A DNA stretch of 64,000 bases from Acidobacteriota bacterium (GCA_963664705.1 OY761556.1:4384001-4448000), one strand, 5' to 3'. Shown: positions 9,109 to 19,773, numbered from the stretch's first letter. The notes: generated from the letters alone by a model not told the origin. Made by a program: numbers and translations.

Positions 9109-9987
9109 TTGCGCTTGAAGATAGACGATCTGAACGAAATTCCGCCATGGGAATGGCCGGAAGAAGCGGCGGCTCTCGTGGTCGATACGCTGGCGGATCG
9201 AAGCGCTCCGGCCGCGAGCCGACTGCTGGCCACAGAACTGGCAGGCAATCTGGTTATTTTGAATGAAGATATTGCGAATGCGCTTTTGGAGATGATCCAA
9301 TCATCCGAAGAGGCTCCCGAATTGCGCGCTCAGGCTGCCATCTCTTTGGGGCCCGGCCTGGAAGAAGCGGACCTCGCGGACTATGACGACCCGGATGACA
9401 CGGCTGCATTCTCCACGGAATTTGTTCAGAAAATTCAGCGCACATTCAGGGCTTTATATTCGGATGTCAAAATCGACAAAAGTGTACGACGCTCGGTGCT
9501 TGAATCATCCGTGAGAAACCCCCAGGACTGGCATTCCGCCGCCATCAAAAAAGCCTATGCCGGCAATGACATGGATTGGCGGCTGACGGCTGTCTTCTGC
9601 ATGCGGTTTGTTCAGGGATTTAAGGAACAGATCTTGGAGTCGCTGAAAAGTGCCGACTCCAACATCCATTTCAATGCGATCGAGGCTGCGGGCAACTGGG
9701 AATTGGATGAAGCATGGCCCCACGTCGCAAAATTGATCACATCCTCCAAAACGGAAAAGCCGATTCTCATTGCCGCCATCATGGCGGCAGCCTGCATTCG
9801 TCCTCACGAAACGGATATAATTGAACCTCTGGTCGATTCCTATGATGAGGATATCTCCGAAGCGGCCATGGATGCTCTGACGGAAGCCGGCATGGCGGAA
9901 GATTGGGAATCCGATCTGGAGGATGAAAATTTTGCGGATGCCTTTGATATTGAAGATGATGAAGGCGATGATAAGGGCAAAAAATAA
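9109..9987 (+). CDS. HEAT-repeat-like protein with acidic tail
   Basis: Repeated helical units (LRAQAAISLG, WRLTAVFCM, IHFNAIEAAG, ISEAAMDAL) and a D/E-rich C-terminus. Confidence 0.6.
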   Translation: MRLKIDDLNEIPPWEWPEEAAALVVDTLADRSAPAASRLLATELAGNLVILNEDIANALLEMIQSSEEAPELRAQAAISLGPGLEEADLADYDDPDDTAAFSTEFVQKIQRTFRALYSDVKIDKSVRRSVLESSVRNPQDWHSAAIKKAYAGNDMDWRLTAVFCMRFVQGFKEQILESLKSADSNIHFNAIEAAGNWELDEAWPHVAKLITSSKTEKPILIAAIMAAACIRPHETDIIEPLVDSYDEDISEAAMDALTEAGMAEDWESDLEDENFADAFDIEDDEGDDKGKK

Positions 9988-10081
9988 CTAGCAACTTTAT
10001 AGGACTGTTCTCATCCGGACTAATGTAACAGTAATTGAACTTAGTCGTTTGACGTATACCCAACTATATAAGGAGTTGTCG

Positions 10082-10387
10082 ATGAAGACTGTTTCCGTTG
10101 TATTAGCTTTAGTTCTGCTTGCTGCCGGCTCGCTGACCCTCTGGGCCGCCGAAGACGGTGCCGCCCTCTACAAAGGCAAATGCGCCATGTGCCATGGCGA
10201 AAAGGGAGAAGGCAAGGCTGCCATGAATATGCCCGCGGTAAAGGGAACGAAGATGACTGCCGAACAGATCGTAACCTATCTGACCAAAGGCGAAGCAGGA
10301 AAAAAAGCTCCCCACGCCAATCCAATCAATGGTTTCAATGAAGCACAGGCAAAAGCGGTTGCAGATTGCGTGAAAGCCCTGAAATAA
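10082..10387 (+). CDS. Monoheme class I cytochrome c (c553-like)
   Basis: Signal peptide, DGAALY..KCAMCHG motif and an AAGGAG RBS. Confidence 0.9.
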   Translation: MKTVSVVLALVLLAAGSLTLWAAEDGAALYKGKCAMCHGEKGEGKAAMNMPAVKGTKMTAEQIVTYLTKGEAGKKAPHANPINGFNEAQAKAVADCVKALK

Positions 10388-10439
10388 GCTGTCATAGATA
10401 CAAAATAAAAGGGGCTGGTCTCCGAAAATCCTGAAAAAA

Positions 10440-11201
10440 TCAGGGCGTCGCGGTGACAGCCCCTTTACTACATACGGGACATTCGGGGTTTTTGCTGATT
10501 TTGAATTCCCGAAATGTCATGTCATACCCGCAGAAGCACAGTAGCCTGCCTGTCAGCAAACCCTCCAGACCCAGGAGCACCTTAATCGTCTCAATTGCCT
10601 GAATGCATGCAATCAGCCCGGGCACGGGGCCAAGAATTCCCGGCGGCGTCGGGTTCGAATCGGCTGGACTTTCCGGAAACACGCATTCCAGGCAGGCAGT
10701 CTTGCCCGGAATAATTGTAGTGGCCAGGCCATCCAACTGATGGACGCCGCCGTAAACATATGGAATTCCCTTTGCAACGGCCACGGCATTCAGAAATCTC
10801 CGGGTCCGCATATTGTCCATGGCATCGACAATCACAGAACAGCCGTCGACAAGTTCAGCACAATTCTGCCCGGTTATTTCCGCCTGTATTGCATCGATGG
10901 TCGGGTATGGATTCAGATTCCTCAGTTTTCGTGATCCCGATACTGATTTCCATTCATCGATATCACTGGTCCAATGAATGATCTGCCGGTTAAGGTTGCT
11001 ATAGTCAACTTTATCCTTGTCTACAATTCTTAAAAAACCGACTCCGGCCGCCGTCAGGTAATAGGAAGAAATGGAGCCCAGCCCGCCAATCCCGGCGATG
11101 AAGACTCTGGATGCTTTCAGCTTGCGCTGGCCTTCTTCTCCGACCTCAGGAATGATGATCTGCCGGTTGTATCGCTGCAGTTCTTCGGCCGTGAATTCCA
11201 T
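10440..11201 (-). CDS. moeB: MoeB/ThiF/HesA family adenylyltransferase
   Basis: RYNRQ, GIGGLGS, SNLNRQ, CLEC and CPVC motifs. Confidence 0.88.
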   Translation of the reverse strand: MEFTAEELQRYNRQIIIPEVGEEGQRKLKASRVFIAGIGGLGSISSYYLTAAGVGFLRIVDKDKVDYSNLNRQIIHWTSDIDEWKSVSGSRKLRNLNPYPTIDAIQAEITGQNCAELVDGCSVIVDAMDNMRTRRFLNAVAVAKGIPYVYGGVHQLDGLATTIIPGKTACLECVFPESPADSNPTPPGILGPVPGLIACIQAIETIKVLLGLEGLLTGRLLCFCGYDMTFREFKISKNPECPVCSKGAVTATP

Positions 11202-11287
11202 ATACCTCTCTTCCGGATTGGATGCCGCGTGCAAAGATCCGGGGGAAAGATCTCGAATCTTTGCACTGAACATCGGCTTGAAGAAGG

Positions 11288-11743
11288 CTACCAGACTTCA
11301 GGGAAAGCCATGTTTGTGTAGATATCCTCCAACCGGCTTTTGTGGCCCTTTTCCATCTTGGCCAGTTCCAGGAATACTTTCTTTTCTTCTGGATCTACAG
11401 CAATCTGGGACAGCTTGGTATACATCTGCATGGCATCCAGTTCTTTTCGGATAGCAAGAGTGATGCCATCGATCGGTTTTAAGTCAATCGTCAAGGGAGG
11501 AATTTCCAAAGTCTCCGCAAGCTTGTAATCCACAGTCTCATCGATACTCAGATCACTCAATCCCTTGTTCAGAATCCCTTCGAGAAATTCCTTGTGCCCC
11601 GTTTCATCGCCTGCAAGTTCAGAAAAAATACTCTTCAAATTGGGATCCTGGACCTTCTCAGAGACTTCACGATAATAGCCGTACGCCTCGATTTCGCCGT
11701 CAATGGCATGGGCGATAATGGCTTTGAATGTTTCAGGCTTCAT
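11288..11743 (-). CDS. Ferritin-like/rubrerythrin-domain protein
   Basis: Two ExxH-type helices (EIEA..YY, DETGH, ELDA..MY, EKGH). Confidence 0.85.
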   Translation of the reverse strand: MKPETFKAIIAHAIDGEIEAYGYYREVSEKVQDPNLKSIFSELAGDETGHKEFLEGILNKGLSDLSIDETVDYKLAETLEIPPLTIDLKPIDGITLAIRKELDAMQMYTKLSQIAVDPEEKKVFLELAKMEKGHKSRLEDIYTNMAFPEVW

Positions 11744-11826
11744 GCTGGCTCTCCTCTTTAATAATCGCCTCAATCATATCCGGTATCCCGTCCCGGTAAA
11801 ATAACTTCTTGCAGCCAAAGAAGGAT

Positions 11827-11859
11827 CCTGGACACCCACTGTAAACCTGGACACCCACT
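11827..11859 (+). repeat. Left-end REP-like motif CCTGGACACCCACT, two tandem copies
   Basis: Copies at 11827-11840 and 11846-11859, immediately upstream of the RAYT gene. Confidence 0.85.
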
Positions 11860-11925
11860 ATTTTTGAATATTTCTTCGCTCAATTCCCATGGTTCGCCAT
11901 TAGTAACTATGCAAGGAGGCAAACC

Positions 11926-12969
11926 ATGGGATTGGCAAGAAACAACTATGTCATCGAAGGGGAGGAAGGTGTTTATCACTGCATCAGCCGATGCGTCCGC
12001 AGAGCTTATCTTTGCGGATATGACCCGCTTAGCGGCCGGGACTTCTCCCATCGCAAAAAATGGATTCTCGATCGTTTGAAACATCTTGCCGGCATCTTCG
12101 CCATCGACGTATGCGCTTACGCCATCATGGAAAACCACGTGCATTCCATCTTGCGCACTCGACCCGACATTCTTCGCTCCTGGTCTGATTCCGATGTCGC
12201 CGCTCGCTGGCTTGAGCTCTGCCCCAGGAAACCTCGCATCTGCAAACAACCCATTCCTTCTCTAGATAAACAGATCCAGGCATTAATCGATTGTCCGGAA
12301 CGTATTGCTGTTCTGCGCAAGCGGTTGGGCAGCTTGAGCTGGTTCATGTCCAAATTCAATGAATTCATCGCGCGCAAGGCCAACAAGGAGGATATCGTCA
12401 AGGGCCGCTTCTGGGAATCCCGCTTCAAATGCCAGGCACTCCTGGATGGCCCCGCTATCACAGCCTGCATGGTCTATGTTGATTTGAATCTGGTCCGGGC
12501 CGGTATTGCTTCTACTCCCGAAGACAGCGACTTCGCCAGCATCCAGGAGCGTCTCCGCGCCTGGCATCGCCAATCCTTGTCCCAGCAACCAGCCTCTCAA
12601 CCCAGTGATTCGGACCCGGCTTTCGATCATTCTCCACTTGAAACTGCTTCCGACAGCTGGCTGGCTCCGATTCAGTCCACCCCCGGCCGACGGGGCATCC
12701 TCGACATATCCGCAGCCGAATATTTTGATCTGGTCGACCGATCGGGACGCATGATTCGCTCTGATAAGCCCGGGTTCATCGACGCCCGCCTTGCCCCGAT
12801 CCTGAATCGCATCGGAGCTGTTCCCAAGGAATGGAGGGAAACCATATCTCATTTTGGTTCCACATTCCTGCTGGCCGCTGGCAGCCTGACCCACATGCGT
12901 GAATTCGCAGACCGGCTCAACCGGCATTGGTTCAAAGGCTTGTCGACCGCTCGATCCGTTTTCGCATAG
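11926..12969 (+). mobile_element. REP-associated tyrosine transposase (RAYT; HUH Y1, IS200 superfamily)
   Basis: YHCISRCVRRAYLCG, YAIMENHVH (HUH), GRFWESRFK and YVDLN motifs. Confidence 0.9.
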
Positions 12970-13170
12970 TCCGGAGTATTCTGGACTCAGCGCATTTTCG
13001 GGATTAATCCAATGTCCGCCTGCCTACCCGCGTAAAATACTCTCGAATAGCTCATCAACTACGAAGAACATCACAATTCTTCTTATGGTATTCTCCAACA
13101 GCTCGCATCGAAAGTCGGAGCTTTTCTACCGGGATCTTTCCCGAAACTCCTCGCTCGGTTTTCCGAACAG

Positions 13171-13300
13171 ATCATAGGTGTCCAGGTTCTGAGGTTCTCC
13201 AAAATGGTGGGTGTCCAGGTTCTCCCCCCCCGAACTCCCCCCCCGAACAAATCATGGGTGGCCAGATCTTCCGTCTTCCCGTGGGTGTCCAGGTCTTCCC
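13171..13300 (-). repeat. Right-end REP-like motifs GGTGTCCAGGT x4 (one degenerate), inverted relative to the left end, with a duplicated poly-C unit
   Basis: Copies near 13177, 13210, 13257 (GGTGGCCAGAT) and 13284; CTCCCCCCCCGAAC occurs twice. Confidence 0.8.
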
Positions 13301-13453
13301 CAGGTTTTCCCCGAATAGACAACCTCCGACCTATTTGCTAATGTTGGATTTCCATTGTGGAAACGGTTGATCACGACGATGAAGAAATGGTAGTCGTTTT
13401 ACGTGGCATAATGAAAGGCGGGCCTGAACCTCGTATATGCGATCGGCGGAAAA

Positions 13454-15367
13454 ATGACAGAGCCAACCCGAATCAACCACGATGTCAGCATCGTAACCGA
13501 GGACGATCTCTACCTCTTTAACGAGGGATCGCACTTTCGTCTATATGATAAGCTGGGCGCGCACCTTTTAAGTGTCGGAGGCGAGCCAGGAACCTATTGC
13601 GCTGTTTGGGCGCCCAATGCCGAGCAGGTCTCCGTAATAGGCGATTTTAACGGCTGGGATTGTGACAGCCACCCATTGCGGCCTCGCGGCAACTCCGGCC
13701 TTTGGGAAGGATTCCTCCCTGGAATCGGCAAGGGAACCCAGTATAAGTATCGCATCGCCACCCGGTATTTCGGGTACGTCGTCGACAAAGCCGATCCGTT
13801 CGCCTTTTATTCTCAACTATCGCCGGATACGGCTTCGATTGTATGGGACCTCGAATACGAATGGCAGGATGCCAAATGGATGGCGGAAAGGCGCGCAAGC
13901 CAATCCTTCCGCTCCCCAATGTCAATTTATGAGATTCATGTCGGATCCTGGCGACGCATTCCGGAAGAAAACAACCGCCCGCTCACGTACCGCGAAATGG
14001 CCCCGCAGCTTGCCGAATACATCCATCAAACGGGGTTCACGCATGTCGAGATCCTGCCAATCATGGAGCACCCGTTTTACGGCTCCTGGGGATATCAGGT
14101 CACCGGCTTCTTCGCACCGACCAGCCGGTACGGAACGCCGCAGGATTTTATGTATTTCGTCGACTACCTGCACCGGCAAGGAATCGGCGTAATTCTGGAC
14201 TGGGTACCTTCCCATTTCCCAAACGATGAACATGGCCTCAGCTTTTTTGACGGGACCCATCTATTCGAACATGCCGACCCTAAAAAAGGAATGCACCCCG
14301 ACTGGAATACGTGCATCTTCAACTACGGTCGTAATGAGATCCGAAGTTTTCTGATCAGCAGCGGGCTGTTTTGGCTGAATAAATACCACATCGACGGACT
14401 GCGCATGGATGCGGTCGCTTCCATGCTCTACCTCGATTATTCACGCAAGGACGGAGAATGGATTCCCAACCAGTATGGCGGTCGGGAAAACCTGGAGGCG
14501 GTCGACTTTATCCGCCGGTTTAATCAGGAAGCCTATAGGGCGCATCCTGACATCCAGGTGATCGCTGAGGAATCCACGGCATGGCCCATGGCTACAAAGC
14601 CACCATATGTCGGCGGGCTTGGGTTTGGATATAAGTGGGATATGGGCTGGATGCACGATACGCTTCGCTACATGAGCCAGGATCCGGTGTATCGCAAATA
14701 CCACCACAACGAACTGACCTTCCGATCCCTGTACTCGTTTTCCGAAAATTTCGTCCTTCCTCTATCCCATGACGAAGTGGTACACGGGAAAGCGTCCCTT
14801 TTGTCAAAAATGCCCGGCGACTACTGGCAGCGCTTCGCCAACCTCCGCCTTCTTCTGGGCTATATGTATGCCCAGCCAGGGAAAAAGATGCTATTCATGG
14901 GCGGCGAGATAGGACAATGGCGCGAGTGGGACCACAATGGAAGTTTGGATTGGAATCTGCTTCAATACGGCCCTCACCTGGGACTGCAACAATGGGTGCA
15001 GGATATCAACAGGTTGTACCGCTCCGAGCCAGCACTTCAACTGGATGCGGATCCGGCAGGATTTGAATGGATCGATGGCAACGATGCAGACAATAGCATC
15101 ATCTCCTTCCTGCGAAAATCAACTTCCGGGAGCTCCATTCTGGTGATCTGCAACTTCACGCCAGTCCCAAGGAATAACTACCGCGTGGGTGTGCCCGCAG
15201 GTGGCTCCTGGCATGAACTGCTCAACAGCGATGGGAAAGAATACTGGGGCAGCGGCATGGGAAATTCCAGCCGCGTAATGTCCGAAAAGGTGCCGCTGCA
15301 CGGCCGGGATCATTCACTGAACCTGATCGTCCCGCCGCTATCCATTGAATTCCTCAAACTGGAATAA
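13454..15367 (+). CDS. glgB: 1,4-alpha-glucan branching enzyme
   Basis: VWAPNA, YEIHVGSW, SWGYQ, DWVPSHFP, RMDAVASMLY, AEEST and LSHDEVVHGK motifs. Confidence 0.97.
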   Translation: MTEPTRINHDVSIVTEDDLYLFNEGSHFRLYDKLGAHLLSVGGEPGTYCAVWAPNAEQVSVIGDFNGWDCDSHPLRPRGNSGLWEGFLPGIGKGTQYKYRIATRYFGYVVDKADPFAFYSQLSPDTASIVWDLEYEWQDAKWMAERRASQSFRSPMSIYEIHVGSWRRIPEENNRPLTYREMAPQLAEYIHQTGFTHVEILPIMEHPFYGSWGYQVTGFFAPTSRYGTPQDFMYFVDYLHRQGIGVILDWVPSHFPNDEHGLSFFDGTHLFEHADPKKGMHPDWNTCIFNYGRNEIRSFLISSGLFWLNKYHIDGLRMDAVASMLYLDYSRKDGEWIPNQYGGRENLEAVDFIRRFNQEAYRAHPDIQVIAEESTAWPMATKPPYVGGLGFGYKWDMGWMHDTLRYMSQDPVYRKYHHNELTFRSLYSFSENFVLPLSHDEVVHGKASLLSKMPGDYWQRFANLRLLLGYMYAQPGKKMLFMGGEIGQWREWDHNGSLDWNLLQYGPHLGLQQWVQDINRLYRSEPALQLDADPAGFEWIDGNDADNSIISFLRKSTSGSSILVICNFTPVPRNNYRVGVPAGGSWHELLNSDGKEYWGSGMGNSSRVMSEKVPLHGRDHSLNLIVPPLSIEFLKLE

Positions 15368-15493
15368 TCCGCAAGGATCGGGCGGTTTCCTTCCTGCACA
15401 GGCATGCCTCTAGTCTTCGTTCCGGAGTGGAGAACATCGAAACATCCCGATTTTTGCTAAGCTAGTTTCCCCCCAATACTTAACGTAAGCCAG

Positions 15494-15844
15494 CTATTTC
15501 TTCTCAACAGGATAGCCCGCCTGAATCCAGGCATCAAATCCGCCCAACAATGGATGGACATCCCGGAACCCAAGTGTCGCCAGCATTTCCGCCACACGGG
15601 CGCTCGAAGCTTCATTGGGTCAGGTACAATAGGGAATCATCATCCGGTCGCGAGGAATTCCAACCACGTGCGTGCGCACCTCATCGGCGGGCATGCGAAC
15701 TGCCCGGGGAAGTTTTACTTTAGATCCCTCCCACGCTTGCGGATTGCGGGAATCGATAAAGAGAATCGGTTCTCCCCGCTCATACCGCCTGAAAGCATCA
15801 TCCGCCGTTATTCTCGCTATTTCGGATGGCATTGGATTTCTCAT
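15494..15844 (-). CDS. Selenocysteine-containing rhodanese-domain sulfurtransferase (CxU), 116 aa with TGA readthrough at 15620-15622
   Basis: ...IDSR...RMMIPYCT-TGA-PNEASSARVAEMLATLGFRDVHPLLGGFDAWIQAGYPVEKK-TAG. The rhodanese C-terminal half continues in frame for 41 codons; AGGAG RBS before the ATG at 15844. Confidence 0.85.
15582..15605 (-). promoter_or_regulatory. Candidate SECIS of the rhodanese gene
   Basis: CGCC-CGTGT-GGCG stem-loop beginning 17 nt 3' of the UGA, with GU in the loop. Confidence 0.5.
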
Positions 15845-15954
15845 AAGCGTTGCTCCTAGAAAACTCAAAACCAAAACCACTGCTATCGATGCAATTGGCG
15901 AGCCACATTTTCCAGGAGACAGGAGCCGAGAGACCGGGGGATCAACTTGGGGAC

Positions 15955-15984
15955 GGGGGCATCCCTCGGATGCCCCCAATTTTT
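15955..15984. terminator. Perfect 10-bp hairpin (GGGGGCATCC-CTC-GGATGCCCCC) between fdhF and the rhodanese gene
   Basis: Inverted repeat followed by AATTTTT on the + strand only. Confidence 0.55.
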
Positions 15985-15991
15985 CTGCAGT

Positions 15992-18130
15992 TTAGATGCC
16001 GTTCATTTGGGCTTTAATCTTGCTGTATTCTTCCTGCACATAGCGCTCGGCCCATTCCTGATTTTCCGCCCTCTGGACGGCTACCGCGCAATACTTATAT
16101 TCCGGAGTCTTGGAAATCGGGTCGACATGGTGAATGGTCAGCTCATTGCAAGCGCCCACCCACCACTGGTATGTCATATACACCGCACCGGCATTAACAC
16201 GCTCGGTAACAGAGGCGCGGCTCATCACTTTGCCGCGTCGCGAGGATACCCAGACCAGTTCCTGATCCTCGATCCCCAACTTCTCTGCATCCGTGTTATG
16301 AATTTGGATATATCCCGGCTCATCGGCCAGGACCTGCAGCGCCGCACAATTCCCCGTCATTGTACGGCAGGAATAATGTCCGACTTCCCGGGCAGTCGAC
16401 AGAATGAGCGGATACTGGCTGTCGGGCTGTTCCAGGGGGGCCCGCCACTCGGCCGCAAACAACTGGCCCTTGCCGCTTGGCGTATTGAAACGGCTGTCCT
16501 TGTACAGGTAAGGAGTCCCGGGATGATCCTCCGTCGGGCATGGCCATTGAATCGTGCCGAGTTTCTCGAGGCGTTCGTAGGTAACTCCCGCGAACGAGGG
16601 GCATAGCGCCCGCATTTCTTCCCAGATTTCGTTGGTGTTGTTGTACTTCATGGGATAGCCCATGGCGCTCGCAAGCAGGGAGATGATGTCCCAATCCGGT
16701 TTGACATCCCCCTTCGGTTCGATCGCCTTGTGGAACCGCTGGAAACCTCTATCGGCCGTCGAATAGGTCCCTTCATGCTCTCCCCACGAAGTCGCCGGCA
16801 GGATCACATCGGCGAACATGGCGGTCTTGTTCATGAAGATATCCTGGACAATCACCAGTTCCAGATTCTGAAGCGCTTCCCGGACACCAGCGGCATCCGG
16901 ATCCGTCTGGACAAGGTCTTCACCGAAGATGTAGTAAGCCTTCAGCTTTCCTTCCTTCACCAGGTGAGGAACCTCAGTCAGCATATAGCCGACTTTCCCC
17001 GGCAACTGCGGAACACCCCAGGCTTTTTCGAACTTGGCGCGGATCTTCTCATCCGTGACCGATTGATAACCGGGGAACACGTTCGGCAGTGCGCCGTGGT
17101 CGCAGGAACCCTGAACATTATTCTGTCCCCGCACTGGCCCGATTCCGACTCCCGGCCGGCCGAAATTGCCGGTCAACAGCGCAAGTCCGGAGAGCCCCTT
17201 GACGACGTCCACCGCCTGCCCGTAATGAGTCACACCCATCCCATACAGAATAAATGCATTCGGGGCCGCGGCGTAAATCCGCATCGCCTTCCGGACCATA
17301 TCCGCCGGAATCCCCGTGATCGACTCCGTATATTCGGGCGTGTACTTCTCAACAAGGGCTTTGTACGCTTCAAATCCTTCGGTGTGCTTGGCCACGTAAT
17401 CCTTGTTGTAAAGCCCTTCCTGGATAAGCACATTCGCGAACGCATTCACCAGGGCCATGTTGGAACCGTTGCGGATCGGCAGCCACAGATCGGCAATGCG
17501 AGCCGACTCTGTCATGCGCGGATCCACGACGATAACCTTGGCGCCCTTCTGCTTTGCATTCACAATGCGACGGGCGACAATCGGATGCGAGTCCGCCGCG
17601 TTGTACCCGAAAATGAAGACACAATTTGTTTCTTCTATTTCCGGAATTGAGTTGGACATTGCCCCATTTCCCAAAGTTGCGGCCAGACCGGCCACGGATG
17701 GGGCATGTCAAACCCGCGCGCAGTGATCGATATTGTTCGTACCGATCACCGCGCGGGCAAATTTTTGCATTACATAGTTGGCTTCATTCCCCGGACCTCT
17801 GGCAGAGCCGGTAAGCATGATCGAATCCGATCCATACTTGTGCTTGATCTCTTGCAGTTTCCCAGCCGTAAATTCGATCGCTTCGTACCAGGATACCTCT
17901 TCAAACTTTGCCTCCCGGCTCCTTCGGAGAAGCGGTTTCTTCAGCCTGGGGGTGAGGCGCTGGGTATCGTTGAGAAAGTCCCAGCCATAGTAGCCCTTCA
18001 GGCAAAGCTCACTCTGGTTGGTGCGCCCCGGTGCGGGCTCCGCGCCCAGGATGGTGCCGTTCTCAACCACCAGGTTGAGCATGCAACCGGCTCCACAGTA
18101 GGGGCATACAGTCAGTATTTTTTCTGCCAT
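15992..18130 (-). CDS. fdhF: Selenocysteine formate dehydrogenase H catalytic subunit (712 aa; Sec TGA at 17708-17710)
   Basis: ORFs 17708-18130 and 15992-17695 are in frame and join as DHCARV-U-HAPSVAGL. N-terminal CPYCGAGC...C, RGQNNVQG and molybdopterin-binding C-terminal domain. Confidence 0.95.
17679..17695 (-). promoter_or_regulatory. SECIS element of fdhF
   Basis: GTGGCC-GGTCT-GGCCGC hairpin 12 nt after the UGA; same position and GGUC loop as the E. coli fdhF SECIS. Confidence 0.88.
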
Positions 18131-18167
18131 TCCGACTCCTGACTACTTGATTCTGATTACTTGCTTT

Positions 18168-18698
18168 TTACATTTGAGCAACTGCCGCCTGCTCACGTTT
18201 CTTCTGCAGCTTATCCGAAAGCACTTTTGCGTCGATGGTATACACGGCTTTGGTGGGGCACACTTCGATACACGATGGCCCCTCGGGACGGTGAATACAA
18301 AGATCGCATTTGTACGCTTCCACGGCGGGCGTCGCACTCGGGGCAGGCTGGCGTTCGCTAAGAACGGCTTCCCGAACCACAATCTCCATCGATCCATACG
18401 GGCAGGCGATGACGCAGCTCTTGCAGCCGATACAGCGCGATTGAACAACCTGGACAGAGTTGTGGCTGTGAATGAGGGCACCCGTGGGGCAAACCTTCGC
18501 GCAAGGAGCATCCTCACACTGCCGGCATTGTACCGGGGTACTCACTCTTGAAGTTTTAATAAGCTTGAGCCGGGGCGTAAAACGCGCGGCGGCCAGTTTT
18601 TTCAATGCATCCGGCGCGGAATGGGCAAGCACACAGGCCACCTCGCACGTGCGGCACGCAATGCACTTCACCGGATCCGCAATCACCAGTATGTTCAT
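18168..18698 (-). CDS. hydN: 4x[4Fe-4S] electron-transfer subunit (HydN/HycB-like)
   Basis: CIACRTCEVAC, CRQCEDAPCAKVCP, CIGCKSCVIACP and KCDLC...CIEVCP motifs. Confidence 0.85.
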   Translation of the reverse strand: MNILVIADPVKCIACRTCEVACVLAHSAPDALKKLAAARFTPRLKLIKTSRVSTPVQCRQCEDAPCAKVCPTGALIHSHNSVQVVQSRCIGCKSCVIACPYGSMEIVVREAVLSERQPAPSATPAVEAYKCDLCIHRPEGPSCIEVCPTKAVYTIDAKVLSDKLQKKREQAAVAQM

Positions 18699-18751
18699 CA
18701 GTTCACCTGCTTTTTCTTGGCCCCGGGCATGATAAATCCCGGGCGTGAATC

Positions 18752-19234
18752 CTATAGCGGCGGCAGTATGCCCCGCAACAAATCCGCCAGCGCCTGAACA
18801 GACTGCTCGACTTCAGGGCACATCGGTTCACCAAACCCGATGCTGGCCGGCTGAATCCCGATGGCAAACAACTCGGCGCGGCTGTTCTGCTTGATGTATC
18901 GAAAGAACAAATCCACCGTCATCTGATGCGTGGAAACACTGCAACCGGCAATATCATCCATCTCGAGGATGGCGACATCGCCCGGAGCCGCATTGAAATT
19001 GGCGGCATCCAGAAAAACGATCGTGTCGGCGTTCGCGTCCAGGATCCGGCCAAAATAGCTTTCGGGCACCTCTCCGACATCCAGCAGCGCCGCATTCACT
19101 TTCCCCTCCAGAAGGTCGATGAGCGCGGGGCCGGCAGCATCATCTCCGCGAAGAGTATTGCCTGCGCCGATCAGAAGCACGCGGCCTTTTAGTCTCGACC
19201 GCAGTTCCGCATCAATTCCAGGCTGCGCATCCAT
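18752..19234 (-). CDS. hycI: Hydrogenase 3/4 maturation endopeptidase
   Basis: GAGNTLRGDDAAG, PE, FLDAA, STH and GIQP motifs. Confidence 0.88.
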   Translation of the reverse strand: MDAQPGIDAELRSRLKGRVLLIGAGNTLRGDDAAGPALIDLLEGKVNAALLDVGEVPESYFGRILDANADTIVFLDAANFNAAPGDVAILEMDDIAGCSVSTHQMTVDLFFRYIKQNSRAELFAIGIQPASIGFGEPMCPEVEQSVQALADLLRGILPPL

Positions 19235-19242
19235 TCGGTCGT

Positions 19243-19770
19243 TTATTTCAGCACCAGTTCTTCAGAAACGCCGGTCTTGGGAGCCGCATCCACAACCGTA
19301 CCCTCGCCCGCAGGCTGACGATACTGATAGGGCTGAGCTTTTCCCTTCACCAATCCCATGGCAACCGCTGCTCCCCAAAGAATGGCTTCCGGCCTGGGTG
19401 GGCAACCGGGTATGTAGAAATCGACCGGGATAACCTTATCGCAACCGCCGAGAGTGTGATAGGAATCGAACCATACTCCACCGCCCACAGCGCAGGATCC
19501 ACAGGCAATCACAATTTTGGGATTCGGAACGGAGTCATACAGCAGGCGCAAACGCGATTCCGCATTGCGGGCCACCGGCCCGGACACAAGCAGAACATCG
19601 GCATGACGCGGCGACCCTATCAGCCTCAAGCCAAATCGTTCAGCATCATAGTAGGGCGTAAAGGCGTTGATCTCCTCGATGTCGCATCCGTTGCAACCGC
19701 CGGCATTCGCGTGATACACCCACAGCGAACGCTTGAAATATTTTTCCAGGAGCCATTTATAGAGTGACAT
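19243..19770 (-). CDS. hyfI: Group 4 [NiFe]-hydrogenase small subunit (HyfI/HycG, NuoB-like)
   Basis: GGCNGCDIE, SPRHAD, GSCAVGGG and IPGCPPRPE motifs. Confidence 0.9.
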   Translation of the reverse strand: MSLYKWLLEKYFKRSLWVYHANAGGCNGCDIEEINAFTPYYDAERFGLRLIGSPRHADVLLVSGPVARNAESRLRLLYDSVPNPKIVIACGSCAVGGGVWFDSYHTLGGCDKVIPVDFYIPGCPPRPEAILWGAAVAMGLVKGKAQPYQYRQPAGEGTVVDAAPKTGVSEELVLK

Positions 19771-19773
19771 CGC

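Noticed and set aside
13171-13300. Spaced short repeats as a possible CRISPR array
   Set aside because: Units are about 11-14 bp, degenerate and irregularly spaced; no cas genes; explained by the RAYT ends.
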